Source: an uncultured Actinomycetes bacterium (GTDB taxonomy: Bacteria; Actinomycetota; UBA4738; HRBIN12). Taken from it: a stretch of DNA of 64,000 nt. The stretch spans positions 80,211 to 144,210 of the forward strand of contig CAWBAK010000001.1 in NCBI GenBank assembly GCA_963786805.1, in the 5' to 3' direction. A program made the translations under genes and the position numbers. A model generated the notes under the pieces. It ran no database searches and was not told the origin of the DNA. It saw nothing but the letters and a program-made list of their open reading frames with translations. Positions 40,544-51,000 of this stretch are shown in pieces. Every line of letters begins with the position of its first letter. The stretch's first letter is position 1.

Positions 40544-41893
40544 TCAGCCGCGCTCGTGCTGATGACGGCTGAATCGGCGAGCCAGTCCCGATGAAGTCAG
40601 GAGCACGCCAACCGCGGAGGGGATCGCGATCGGGATACCGTCGCCTTCAGGTCCGTTGCAAGGCGGTCCTGGAGGGTCGTGAGGTGGCCCCGGTGGATCG
40701 CCGGGTGGCCCAGGAGGGTCGTGAGGTGGCCCCGGCGGATCGCATGGCGGACCGGGATGGTCATCGGTCGGGGACGGCGTCTCGGTCGGGGACGGCGTCT
40801 CGGTCGGGGACGGCGTCTCGGTCGGGGCCGGCGTCTCGGTCGGGGCCGGCGTCTGGGTCGGGGACGGCGTCTCGGTCGGGGCCGGCGTCTCGGTCGGGGC
40901 CGGCGTCTCGGTCGGGGCCGGCGTCTCGGTCGGCGGGGAGTCGTCGTTGCCTCCGGCGTCGGTCGAGGCTCGGGAGGCGGAGTCGACTCGTCCGAAGGCG
41001 CGGGAGGCGATGTTGTGTCCGGGGTCGGTCGAGGCTCGGGAGGCGGAGTCGGCTCGCCGGACGGCTCGGAAGACGGTGGAACGCCGCCGCCGGTTACCAG
41101 CTCGCCGAGGATGGCCATCAGGGTTGCGGCGGTCTCCGGTTCGAGTAGCGGCAGCAACGGTGCGAGGGTCCGCGCGATCTCCGCGTCCAGAGCGGTGACA
41201 TCGGCGCCTGACTCGAAGGCGAACGCGCGCTCGGTGATCAGGATCCGCGCGAGCTCTGCGACCTCGGCGGGACTCGCAGTGGAGGAGCGTTCCACCAGCA
41301 CCTCCAGCGAGCTCCAGGCCGCCGAGAGGTGCTCGACGAGCCTCCCTGGTCCCCGTCGGCCCGCGGCCGGCGCCGACCGCGACAACGGCGATGGCCAGCA
41401 CGACGATCGAGGCCGCAACCGCTCCCTGCAGCCGCTCGAGCCATCGCCGTTCTCCTTCCGCTCCGCCTGTCTCCTCGTCCTGGCCGGCCGGCGCCTCGGA
41501 CGACTGGGACCAGATCCGGTCGTCACGGGGCGTCGCAGCAAGCGCGAAGCCGAGCTCTTTGATCCCGGCGCCCTCCTCGACGACGGCGTCTGCGGCCTTC
41601 AGTACGTCGGCTGGTGCGCTGGTATCGGTCAAGACGAGCACGATGACCTTCGACGATGGAGAGATGGCACGGATTGAAGGGATGATGGAACCGTCGCTAT
41701 CGGTGGCCGCGTTCTCGTGAACGACGACGACATCGGGCCGGTGTTCCCCGACCGCCGAGGCAGTGTCCTGCGCCGTCGTGGACTCGGCGACGATGCGATA
41801 GCCCGCCTCTTCTAGGAGGAACCGAACGAGGTTGCGCTCGAGCGCGCGTCGATCCGCGATGACGGCGGATGGCTGCCCGGTTGGTCGTCTCAT
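40544..41893 (-). CDS. Receiver-like domain + TM + Pro/Thr-rich repeats + C-terminal hydrophobic/basic tail (two compensating frameshifts)
   Basis: LVRFLLEEAGYRIVAE...HRPDVVVV receiver-like start; middle helical segment in an alternative frame. Confidence 0.55.
   Translation of the reverse strand: MRRPTGQPSAVIADRRALERNLVRFLLEEAGYRIVAESTTAQDTASAVGEHRPDVVVVHENAATDSDGSIIPSIRAISPSSKVIVLVLTDTSAPADVLKAADAVVEEGAGIKELGFALAATPRDDRIWSQSSEAPAGQDEETGGAEGERRWLERLQGAVAASIVVLAIAVVAVGAGRGPTGTREARRAPLGGLELAGGAGGTLLHCESRRGRRARADPDHRARVRLRVRRRCHRSGRGDRADPRTVAAATRTGDRRNPDGHPRRAGNRRRRSTVFRAVRRADSASRASTDPGHNIASRAFGRVDSASRASTDAGGNDDSPPTETPAPTETPAPTETPAPTETPSPTQTPAPTETPAPTETPSPTETPSPTETPSPTDDHPGPPCDPPGPPHDPPGPPGDPPGPPHDPPGPPCNGPEGDGIPIAIPSAVGVLLTSSGLARRFSRHQHERG
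40658..40762 (-). repeat. Five 21-bp coding repeats, DPPGPP(C/H/G)
   Basis: DHPGPPC DPPGPPH DPPGPPG DPPGPPH DPPGPPC. Confidence 0.85.
40766..40933 (-). repeat. Nine 18-bp coding repeats, PTETP(A/S)
   Basis: CGGCGTCTCGGTCGGGG(A/C) tandem units on the + strand. Confidence 0.92.
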
Positions 41894-42529
41894 GATGTTC
41901 ACCGGTTCGATTCGGGACAACTTGTATAGACGTTTGCGCGCGTTCAGACAGCCACCTATCCGGCCTAGTCACTCCAGGCGTAAGAACCACGTCGTAGCGC
42001 GCCGTGGCGTCGGCCGTTCGACCTCGGGTGAACTCGTCGGTTCATGACGCGAAGCGACGTGGCCCGTCGTGGATCCTCTTGTGGAGCGATCGCCGAACGA
42101 TCTATTTGATCCATGCGCGTGGAGGCATCATCCTCGGATCACGCTCGGTCGCGAGCGCCGCGCTTGAAAGCCGCGGGGACGCGGCTAGATCCGCGACTCC
42201 GCACGATCCTGCGGAAGCAACCCCTGCGAAATGGCGTCCAGAACAAGGCTGCACGCCTCTGGGAATGAACGGGCCGTCGCGATCTCACGCCCTTGGTACA
42301 GAACCACCGTCTGATTCCCAGGCCCTTCGGAGAAGTGGAAATCCGTGATGTTCATGGTCGAGAAATCTGACGATAATTCGGCCACGCTTCGATAGGGCAG
42401 GTGGTGGATTCCGTATCCCCTCGATAGGCCTACTGCCGAGTCCGGATGCCCTTCCCTATCGACTGGCGATGTCTGCTGCAAGGTTCCGAGCCGCCATCCT
42501 TAGAATCCTGGCGTCCACCGACGCGGGGA

Positions 42530-45334
42530 GTGCTATTGGCCGGTGACGTCATCGGGCGCGAGTCCGAGCTTGCGATCCTCCATCGCTTCCTGGACTCGAT
42601 CCCGACCGGGCCAAGCGCCTTGCTCCTGTCGGGTGATCCCGGCATCGGCAAGACCACCGTGTGGAAGGAGGGGCTGGCGGGTGCTCAGCTTCGGCGCTAC
42701 CGCACGCTCTCATGCCGCCCGGTCGAGGCGGAGACGCGCCTGTCGTACGCCGCCCTCGGTGACCTCCTCGAGCCCGTCCTCGAGGAGGCACTTCCTGCGG
42801 TGCCCGAGCCACAGCGCCGGGCCCTCGAGGTGGCCCTCTTGCGGTCCCCGAGTTCGGGCGCCCGGGCCGACCAGCGGGCCGTTTCCCTGGCCGTCCTCGG
42901 ATGCCTACGGTCGGTGGCCTCCACCTCTCCGGTCGTCGTGGCCGTCGATGACCTCCAATGGATGGACCTCCCCTCGGCTCGGGTGCTCCAGTTCGTCGTG
43001 CGACGCCTGAAGGACGAGCAGGTTGGTTTGATGACGGCCGCTCGAGGCGCCCGTGCCGATGACGACCCCCTCAGCGTCGTGTCGGCTTTCGCCGAGGATC
43101 GCGTGCACGCCGTCCACGTCGGACCGCTGTCGCAGGACGCCCTCGAACGGGTGCTCCGAGACAAGGTCGGTGAGGGGTTCCCGCGTACCACGCTCCTCAG
43201 CCTCCACGAGATGTCGGGAGGCAATCCCTTCTTCGCCCAGGAGATCGGACTGGCGCTCCTTCGCCGTGGAGGTGAAGTGGCGGCCGGCGAACGGCTTCCG
43301 ATCCCGGACCGCCTTCAGGAACTCATCGAGGATCGTCTGAAGGGGCTTCCTGCGGGGACCATCGAAGCCCTCGAGGTCGTCTCGGCCCTGTCGGCACCGA
43401 CGCTGGATGCGATCGCTCCGGCGATCGCTCCTTCCTCGGTCGATGATCGCCTGGGTCCGGCCATCGAGCACGGCGTCATCGAGGTCGTCGGCGACCAGCT
43501 CCGGTTCACCCACCCGCTCCTCGCGTCCTCCGTGTACCAGAGGGCTCCGCTGGCCCGGCGCCGGCAGCTGCATGCTCGGCTTGCGACGATCGTCCGCGAT
43601 CCGGAGGAACGAGCGCGCCACCTCGCGCTGTCCGTCGAGGGCCCGGACTTCGCCGTCGCTGCCGCCCTCGAGGAGGCAGCCCTGCTCGCCACCTCCCGAG
43701 GAGCGCCGCAATCCGCGGCCGAGCTCTGGGAGATGGCCCGCCGAGCCACCCCTGAGGATCGCGGCGAGGATCTGGTGCGTCGGACCCACCTTGCGGGCGT
43801 GGCGCACTACGAGTGCGGGGACACCTCGCTGGCGCGGAGCGTCCTGGAGCAAGCGGCCGACCTCTCGATGGCCGGGCCGGCTCGGGCCCGCGTGCTGCTA
43901 GACCTGGGGATGGGCCTCGCCGAGACCGAAGGGTGGCGGGCTGCCTGGGCCGTGTTCGAGGCTGCTCGGGGCGAGGCGGGGGACGATCTCGCGCTCCGGG
44001 CACTGGTCGAGCAGAACCTGGGGTACGCCTGGCTGTTCAGGGGAGACCTCGCGGCATCGGAACGGCACGCTCGCGCGGCGCTGCAGCTGGCCGAGGAGCT
44101 GCAGGAACCACGGGTGATGGCCGAAGCGTTCCAGGCGTATCCGTTCGTCGAGTTCCTCCTCGGACGCGGGGTCGATCAGGTGCTGCTCGATCGCGGGATC
44201 GCCCTGGAAGGGCACATGGAGGGCGAATTCAAATCCCATGTCCTGCGCGCGAGCTTCGTCATGGCTCAGCTCCTCAAGTTCACCGATCGTCTGGACGAGG
44301 CCCGCCGGACGTTCACCGAGCTCCTGGGTGATGCGGCCGCGCATGGCGTGGAGAGCCCGATCCCCCAGTTCCAGTACCACCTCGCCGAGCTGGAATGCCG
44401 GGCGGGCAACTGGGATGCGGCCATGGAACACGCCCAGCAGAGCATGGCGGCCTCCCAGCGACTCCGCATGGGGGCGTGGATGTCGGCGGAGGGCCACTTC
44501 GCGGTGGGCCTGGTGCAAGCCCATCTGGGGCGGGCCGACCCGGCGAGGCTGGCAGCCCTCGAGGGGCTGCGCGTCGCCGAGGCGGCCGGCGAGATCCTCC
44601 TCCAGATCCTGGACCTATCGGTCCTGGGGTTCCTCGAGCTTTCCCTGGGCCGACCCGCCGAGGCCGATGCGTATCTGTCCAGGGCCGTCGAGCTCGAGCG
44701 AGCGATGGGCGTTCGGGAGCCCGCCTACTTCCGGATCGTCCCGGATGAGGTCGAGGCGTTGGTGGCGCTCGGGCGGCTCGACGAGGCCGAGGCGCTCCTC
44801 GTCCCCTTCGAGGAGGCCGGCAAGGACCTCGGGCGGGCCTGGACCATCGCCACCGGGGCCAGGTGCCGGGCGCTCGTGCTGGCGGCGCGGGGTGATCTCG
44901 CCGGTGCGTCGGCCGCGGCCGAGGAGGCGGTGCGCGTTCACGATCTCCTGCCTCTTCCGTTCGAGCTTGGGCGGACCCTCCTGGTGCGCGGAGCGGTGGA
45001 GCGCCGAGCCAAGAGGAAGCGGGAGGCTCGGGACACGCTCACGCGGGCTCTGGAGATCTTCGACGGGCTGGGAGCCGCGTTGTGGGCGGAGAAGGCACGT
45101 GCGGAGTTGGCGCGGATCGGCGGACGGGCCCCCTCGTCGCTCGACTTGACCCCGAGCGAGACCAAGGTGGCGGCGCTCGTCGCCGCCGGAAACACCAACC
45201 GAGAGGTGGCCGACGCACTCTTCATCAGCGTCCATACCGTGGAGGCCAATCTCAAGCGGATCTACCGCAAGCTGGGCATCCGCTCACGCACGGAACTGGC
45301 GTCGACCTTCCCATCCCGGCCATCCGGGTCGTGA
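42530..45334 (+). CDS. Large ATP-binding LuxR-family regulator (AAA ATPase + helical repeats + HTH)
   Basis: GDPGIGKT Walker A, VDDLQWMD, GGNPFFA and C-terminal TNREVADALFISVHTVEANLKRIYRKLG. Confidence 0.92.
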   Translation: MLLAGDVIGRESELAILHRFLDSIPTGPSALLLSGDPGIGKTTVWKEGLAGAQLRRYRTLSCRPVEAETRLSYAALGDLLEPVLEEALPAVPEPQRRALEVALLRSPSSGARADQRAVSLAVLGCLRSVASTSPVVVAVDDLQWMDLPSARVLQFVVRRLKDEQVGLMTAARGARADDDPLSVVSAFAEDRVHAVHVGPLSQDALERVLRDKVGEGFPRTTLLSLHEMSGGNPFFAQEIGLALLRRGGEVAAGERLPIPDRLQELIEDRLKGLPAGTIEALEVVSALSAPTLDAIAPAIAPSSVDDRLGPAIEHGVIEVVGDQLRFTHPLLASSVYQRAPLARRRQLHARLATIVRDPEERARHLALSVEGPDFAVAAALEEAALLATSRGAPQSAAELWEMARRATPEDRGEDLVRRTHLAGVAHYECGDTSLARSVLEQAADLSMAGPARARVLLDLGMGLAETEGWRAAWAVFEAARGEAGDDLALRALVEQNLGYAWLFRGDLAASERHARAALQLAEELQEPRVMAEAFQAYPFVEFLLGRGVDQVLLDRGIALEGHMEGEFKSHVLRASFVMAQLLKFTDRLDEARRTFTELLGDAAAHGVESPIPQFQYHLAELECRAGNWDAAMEHAQQSMAASQRLRMGAWMSAEGHFAVGLVQAHLGRADPARLAALEGLRVAEAAGEILLQILDLSVLGFLELSLGRPAEADAYLSRAVELERAMGVREPAYFRIVPDEVEALVALGRLDEAEALLVPFEEAGKDLGRAWTIATGARCRALVLAARGDLAGASAAAEEAVRVHDLLPLPFELGRTLLVRGAVERRAKRKREARDTLTRALEIFDGLGAALWAEKARAELARIGGRAPSSLDLTPSETKVAALVAAGNTNREVADALFISVHTVEANLKRIYRKLGIRSRTELASTFPSRPSGS

Positions 45335-45446
45335 GCAAGACCTACCGGTCGCGGTCTCGATCGGTACGGATTTCGGGGATTCCTCGGGCCGGCGCTCTCT
45401 CTAGCCTCGGGATCAGAGATCGGTACCCGAGTTGAAGGGAGGGATC

Positions 45447-45854
45447 ATGAGCACGAAAGCGGGAACGATGGGGTTCTCCGCTCGACCGGCGCTGTTCACG
45501 TTCTGGACCGTGGCCGTGTCCGCTCTCGCGGCAGCGGCGCTGATCCTGAGCGCGGTGGCGCTCACCGTGGCGGGTCGTGGCGATAGCTCCGTGGCGAGTG
45601 TGGCAGGCAGCGGTACCCGCGAGGCGGCGAGCATCGGAGCCCCGCTGTGGGACGCCGGAAGGCTGCAAGCCATGCAGGGCCGTGTGCTCGCAGAGACCGC
45701 TCGGGTCCAAGGGTCAGCACCGCTGTGGGACGCGGGCAAGCTCGAAGCCATGCAGGGCCGTGTGCTCGCAGAGACCGCTCGGGTCCAAGGGTCCGCACCG
45801 TTGTGGGACGCGGACAAGCTCGAAGCCATGGAGGGCCGGATGCTCGCCGGGTAG
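45447..45854 (+). CDS. Small exported/membrane protein with 26-aa tandem repeats
   Basis: SD GGGAGGG; hydrophobic N-terminus; APLWDAGKLEAMQGRVLAETARVQGS repeated about 2.7 times. Confidence 0.75.
   Translation: MSTKAGTMGFSARPALFTFWTVAVSALAAAALILSAVALTVAGRGDSSVASVAGSGTREAASIGAPLWDAGRLQAMQGRVLAETARVQGSAPLWDAGKLEAMQGRVLAETARVQGSAPLWDADKLEAMEGRMLAG
45639..45851 (+). repeat. 78-bp tandem repeat, about 2.7 copies
   Basis: Units start at 45639, 45717 and 45795. Confidence 0.9.
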
Positions 45855-45993
45855 CTCCTGCTCGTTCGGCCGTTCCCCAGGTCCTCAAAGGTGATCCGCG
45901 AAACGGGCGGCCCGCATCCCGGGCCGCCCGCTTCGCCTGCATCTTCGTTGGAGCGCCGTGGTCAGTTCGCGAAGAGCTGCTTTGTGATCCATC

Positions 45994-46013
45994 CGTGGAG
46001 ACGAGCGGACTCG
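45994..46013 (-). repeat. 20-bp copy of the tRNA-Ala 3' end (att-like)
   Basis: CGTGGAGACGAGCGGACTCG identical to 53119-53138. Confidence 0.8.
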
Positions 46014-46112
46014 GGGCGGAACCGCGTGCGATGCGCTTGTGGATGCGAGCACCCCTCGATGAGTGGTGCCCCCAGGGATGGCCGGCGGCTCCGACCGCCC
46101 TACCATCGACCC

Positions 46113-47507
46113 ATGAGGCGGACCGCGACCGCAGTGACCGTGCTCGCCGTGCTGGCGGGGGCCTGCGTATCGGACCCCAGGCCGGAGGCGCCGCGCTCGC
46201 CGGCAGCATCCACCGGGGAACTGCGCCACGTCGTGTTCGACACGGATCTGGCCTTCGACGACATCATGGCGCTGCTCTATCTCCTCCAGCGCGACGACGT
46301 CGTCATCGATGCGGTGACGATCACCGGCACCGGCGAGGCACACTGCGACCCCGGCGTCCAGAACGCCCTCGGCCTGCTCGCGCTCGGTGGCGTCAAGGAC
46401 ACGCCGGTCGCGTGCGGGCGCGAGACGCCGCTCCAGGGGTCCAACGCGTTCCCGGACGAGTGGCGGGTCGCCGTCGATGACCTTTCCATGCTGGATCTCC
46501 CGGACGTCGACCGCGTGGCGGATCCGCGCGGTGCCACGCAGCTCTTGCTCGACACGCTCGACGGCGACGCGACCCTGATTACCCTCGGGCCGCTCACCAA
46601 CGTCGCCGAGGCGCTTCGGGTCGATCCCGGGCTCGCCTCCCGCGTCCCCGAGTTCGTCGCGATGGCTGGAGCGATCGACGTTCCCGGCAATACCCCCAAC
46701 GGGGTCGCCGAGTACAACGTGTGGGTCGACCCGCTTGCCGCGAAGGAAGTGTTCGAGGGGATGCCGGTGACCCTCGTGCCCCTAGACGCCACGGACGACG
46801 TGCCCTTCACGTCGTTCTTCGCAGACACGCTCGCGGCGCACCGGACGAGCCCGGAGGCCGAGGCCGTCCACGCGATCATCCTCGCGAACCGGGAGATCTT
46901 CCTCAGTCCCGGCTACTCGTTCTGGGACACGCTCGCCACGGCACTCGTGTTCCGGCCCGAGCTCGCCACGTTCGACGAGGCACGCGTGGTCGTCACGGCG
47001 TCCGAGGATGCCGGCGCCGGATGGATCGATCGCTGGGACGAGGGCGCGTCCGTTCGGTTCGCCGCCTCGGTCCCCGATCCGCTCGCGTTCGAACGCGAGT
47101 ACCTGTCCGTGCTCAGCGGAGAAGAGGTCACGCAGGTCCGGCCCGATCCGACGATCACGATCACCTTCGACGGGGAGCACTGCACGATCGAGCCTCGGCG
47201 GCTGTCGGCCGGCAGCCAGGTCGTCGCGTACGTCGACGAGCGAGGCGTCGCCGTTGACGGCGGCGTGTTGCTCGAGCTCAGCGATCGGCTGACCTATCAG
47301 GACCTGCGGGACATCGTGGGTCCGGACGGGTCGATCCTGCCCGAGGACACGGAGGAACCGAAGGGTCTGCGGTTCCTCGCGTTCGTCGGAGACGTCGCCG
47401 AGGCCGAGACGCGTCCATCGGTGGTCGTGGGGATGTGTTCGTCCAGCCGCGGAGGGGAGCCCCCCTTCCGCGTGTGGCTCTCGGCGCCAGTCGAGGTCGC
47501 GCCTTAG
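46113..47507 (+). CDS. Nucleoside hydrolase (IU-NH family) lipoprotein with C-terminal extra domain
   Basis: Lipobox LAGAC; DTDLAFDD, LGPLTNVA, AEYNVWVDP.AA and FWD motifs; leaderless ATG 6 nt after TACCAT. Confidence 0.85.
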   Translation: MRRTATAVTVLAVLAGACVSDPRPEAPRSPAASTGELRHVVFDTDLAFDDIMALLYLLQRDDVVIDAVTITGTGEAHCDPGVQNALGLLALGGVKDTPVACGRETPLQGSNAFPDEWRVAVDDLSMLDLPDVDRVADPRGATQLLLDTLDGDATLITLGPLTNVAEALRVDPGLASRVPEFVAMAGAIDVPGNTPNGVAEYNVWVDPLAAKEVFEGMPVTLVPLDATDDVPFTSFFADTLAAHRTSPEAEAVHAIILANREIFLSPGYSFWDTLATALVFRPELATFDEARVVVTASEDAGAGWIDRWDEGASVRFAASVPDPLAFEREYLSVLSGEEVTQVRPDPTITITFDGEHCTIEPRRLSAGSQVVAYVDERGVAVDGGVLLELSDRLTYQDLRDIVGPDGSILPEDTEEPKGLRFLAFVGDVAEAETRPSVVVGMCSSSRGGEPPFRVWLSAPVEVAP

Positions 47508-47537
47508 CCGCTGCTGGAGAGTCGGGCGCGTCGCGTT

Positions 47538-47581
47538 CGTGGAGACGAGCGGACTCGAACCGCCGACCCCCTGCTTGCAAA
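47538..47581 (-). repeat. 44-bp exact copy of the tRNA-Ala 3' half (att-like)
   Basis: Identical to 53119-53162; ends in the anticodon loop. Confidence 0.92.
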
Positions 47582-48034
47582 CCAGAGCCAGTGCGAGGCC
47601 GCTACCTGCAGAAACGGTCGTTAGGCCTGCTCAGCCCGTGCATCACCAGTCACACAGGAGCGGTCGGGGATCCGTTGGATTCCGTTGGTTCTGCTACCAA
47701 TTTGCTACCTCGAGCAAAGCAAACGAGTTCCTTGCACGCGACTGAAGCTGACACCCGTGACGAGAGCTTCCAGCTCCTCCTAGGACTTCTTTACACGCTC
47801 CGACCTTGATGACCCGCCGCACGCTCTCGCCTGGGAGCTGCCAGATAGCCGGATCAGGGGGTGCAACTCAAGAACGGTTGACGAGCGGGCTGTTGCTCGA
47901 ACCGACCGAGACCGAGCGCTGGGGAAGATCATCGAACGACCGGATGTGAAGCAATTCGCCCTCAGTCCACGGCCTGGCTGTCAAGGAAAGGGCGCAGTAC
48001 GCTCCCTCGAGCGCGCGTTGCTCGTGGAGGGATC

Positions 48035-51000
48035 GTGGACGACGAGCCTGGCCGCATCGAGCCCGTGACCGAAGAGGCGCGGATCCAGACCTTCCTGATC
48101 GCCGACGTCCGCGGCTACACCCTGTTCACGCAACAGCGCGGTGACGAGGCGGCCGCGAAGCTCGCCGCCAAGTTCGCTCGGATCGCGCGCGAGACCGTCC
48201 AGCAGCGCGGCGGCAGCGTCGATCGAGCTCCGGGGAGACGAGGCGCTCGCCGTGTTCTCCTCCGCCCGGCAGGCCGTCGCCGCTGCCGTCGATCTCCAGG
48301 AACGGCTGGTGGACGAGACCATCGACGACCCCGAGCTTCCGCTGCCGGTCGGAATCGGACTGGACGCTGGCGAGGCCGTCCCCGTCGAGGCCGGGTACCG
48401 GGGCGGCGCGCTCAATCTCGCTGCGCGGCTGTGCGGGCAGGCGGGCCCGGGCGAGATCCTCGCGAGCCGCAGCGTCACGCATCTCGCGCGCCGGGTCGAG
48501 GGCGTGCGCTACGTCGACCGGGGGAAGGTGCAGCTGAAGAACCTGACCGATCCCGTCGAGCTGGTGCGGATCGTTCCGGAGGGCGTCGATCCGGCCGAGC
48601 GTCTGCGGACGGCACTGCCGCCGACCGGCCCGCCGCGTCGCCGTACGCGCGTCGAGGATCGCGATCGCCGCCGTGGTCGCCCTCGCGGTCGCCGTCGGCG
48701 CCACGATCGTCCTGCTCCCCGACGATAGCCGAGCCGACGATCGCGGCGGGAGCGGTCGGGTTCCTCGGCCCGTCAGGAGACCTCGAAGGCACGGTGGGCA
48801 TCGGCGAGTTCCCACGGGGGCTCGCGTCGGGAGCCGGGTCGCTCTGGGTGGCCGACCAAGAGAGCGGATCGCTGATCCAGGTCGATCCGTCGACCTTCCA
48901 GGTGGAGGAGCGGATCCCGGTCGGCGTCGGGCCGAGCGGCGTCGCGATCGCCTCCGGCCTCGTGTGGGTCGCCAACACCGATGAGCGGACGGTCTCGATG
49001 GTCGACCCGCAGGCGCACCGGGTCGTCCAGACGGTGGTCGTCGGCAACGGGCCGGCCGGGATCGTCGCCGACGGCGATCGTGTCTGGGTCGCGAACAGCG
49101 TCGACGCGACCGTCACCGAGATCGACGCGACCGACGGAAACGTCGTGGACACCTACCCCGTCGGGGAACGACCTGTCGCCTTGGCCGTCGCCGACGGCGC
49201 GGTCTGGGTCGCGAACGCCTCGGACGGAACGGTCAGCCGGGTCGTCTCGGGCGACGGGGAGACGCTGACGACCCCCGTCGGCCGGGGACCAGGCCGCGAT
49301 CGCATCCGGCTTCGGGTCGCTGTGGGTCGCGAACACCGAGGACGGGACCGTGACGACGATCGACCCGGCCACAGGGTCGGTAACGGGCACCGAACGCGTC
49401 GGGCAGGAGCCGGTCGCGCTCGCGGCCGCCGGAGACGGCATCTGGGTCGCGAGCGCTCGGGACGGCACCGTCCTCAAGATCGACCCGGCGACGACAGCGG
49501 TCACCGACATCTACGAGATCGGGAACGAACCGCGGGCCCTGACGGGGAGCCGAGGGCGGGCTGTGGGTCGGTGTCGAGGCGTCGCCCGCCGCGCATCGGG
49601 GAGGGACGCTTCGGCTCGTGTCGGAGCAGCCGATGAAGATCGATCCTCACGGCGGCGACCTCGTCTCCGACCACCGTGCTCGCATCGACGTACGACGGCC
49701 TCTTGACGTATCGGCGAACCGGCGGGGCGGCGGGTCTGACGGTGGTCCCGGATCTGGCCGTGTCGCTCCCCGTGCCGACCGACGAGGGTCTGACATACAC
49801 CTTCACGCTCCGCGAGGGGATCCGTTTCTCGAACGGCCACGTCCTCGAGCCCCAGGACGTCGTGGCCACCTTCGAGCGCGTGCTGGTCGGGAACAAGTAC
49901 GGCCGGTTCTACGTGCCGGAGCTCGTCGGCTGGTCCACCTGCACACCACGAAGATCCCGCGGCGTGCGACCTATCCGAGGGCGTCGTGCCCGACGAGGAG
50001 GCAGGAACCGTTACGTTCCACCTGGTTCGGCTGGCGCCGAGCTTCCTCAAGATCCTCGCGAAGTCATGGTTCGCGATCGTGCCCGCCGGCACGCCGATCG
50101 ATCTCGAGGGCGAGCCGATCCCTGCGACCGGTCCCTACCTGATCGGTGACGTCGGCGACGATGGCTCGCTGGTCCTAGAGCGGAACCCGATGTTCCGGGA
50201 GTGGTCCGCCGACGCACAGCCCGATGGCTTCGCGGACCGCATCGAGGTCACGGCAGGCGTCGACCCCTGACGAGCAGGTGGCCATGGTTGAACGGGGAGA
50301 GGCCGACCTCGCGCTCGAGCGGGGTGCCTCTGGAGCTCGTCGAGGAGCTCGAGCGGCGGTCCTCGGATCAGCTGGTGAGAATCGCCTTGGCCTGCGATCG
50401 GGGCGCTGTCGCTCAATACCGCGACGTACCCATTCGAGAACGCGGACGCGCGAAGAGCGGTTGCGTATGCGCTCGAGCGAGGTGAGCTGGTCCGGGCCTT
50501 TCGCGAGACCGCCGCGATCAGCGGAGTCGTCGGTGGTGGCCGAGGAGCCCGTGGTGACATGCCAGATCCTGCCACCGAACACGCCGGGGTATGCACCCTA
50601 TTGCCCTTACACGAGATCCGGCGCGGAGGTGGACGGGACGTGGGCGGGCCCGGATCTCTCGTTCGCACGCCAGCTGGTTCAGCGCTCGGGGACGGCGGGT
50701 GCGGAGGTGTCGATCGCGATGTCGCCGTGCTTGGAGGTCGACCGCGGAGTCGGTCGCGGATACGCTCCGAGGGCCTGGGGTACCGCGTGGTCCTAGAGAC
50801 CGACGGCCCGCTGCGACCCCCAGAGGACGATTGCTGGTTTAGCCCCCTCACGCCGGACGCAGACATCTCCTCCACCGCCTGGTTTTGGGACTACCCGTCC
50901 CCTGCGCAGTTCCTGGTGCCGCTGCTTTCGTGCGTCCAGCCCGAAGGGGTCGCTTCCCTTCGACGGCTCGCCCGCCGTGACGGGGGCCGGGGGCTTGTCC

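Noticed and set aside
40658-40933. 18- and 21-bp tandem repeats as a non-coding array
   Set aside because: Unit lengths are multiples of three, encode Pro/Thr linkers, and have no spacers.
42081-42125. Further degenerate tRNA-Ala 3' remnants (GTGGAG...)
   Set aside because: Only 6-7 bp match; not distinguishable from chance.
42004-42481. ORFs 42004-42348 (+) and 42185-42481 (-)
   Set aside because: No recognisable motifs, atypical codon usage and no clear SD; probably a regulatory intergenic region.
47538-47612. Additional intact tRNA-Ala genes at 47.5 and 51.4 kb
   Set aside because: Only the 3' halves are present; there is no D-arm or 5' acceptor strand.
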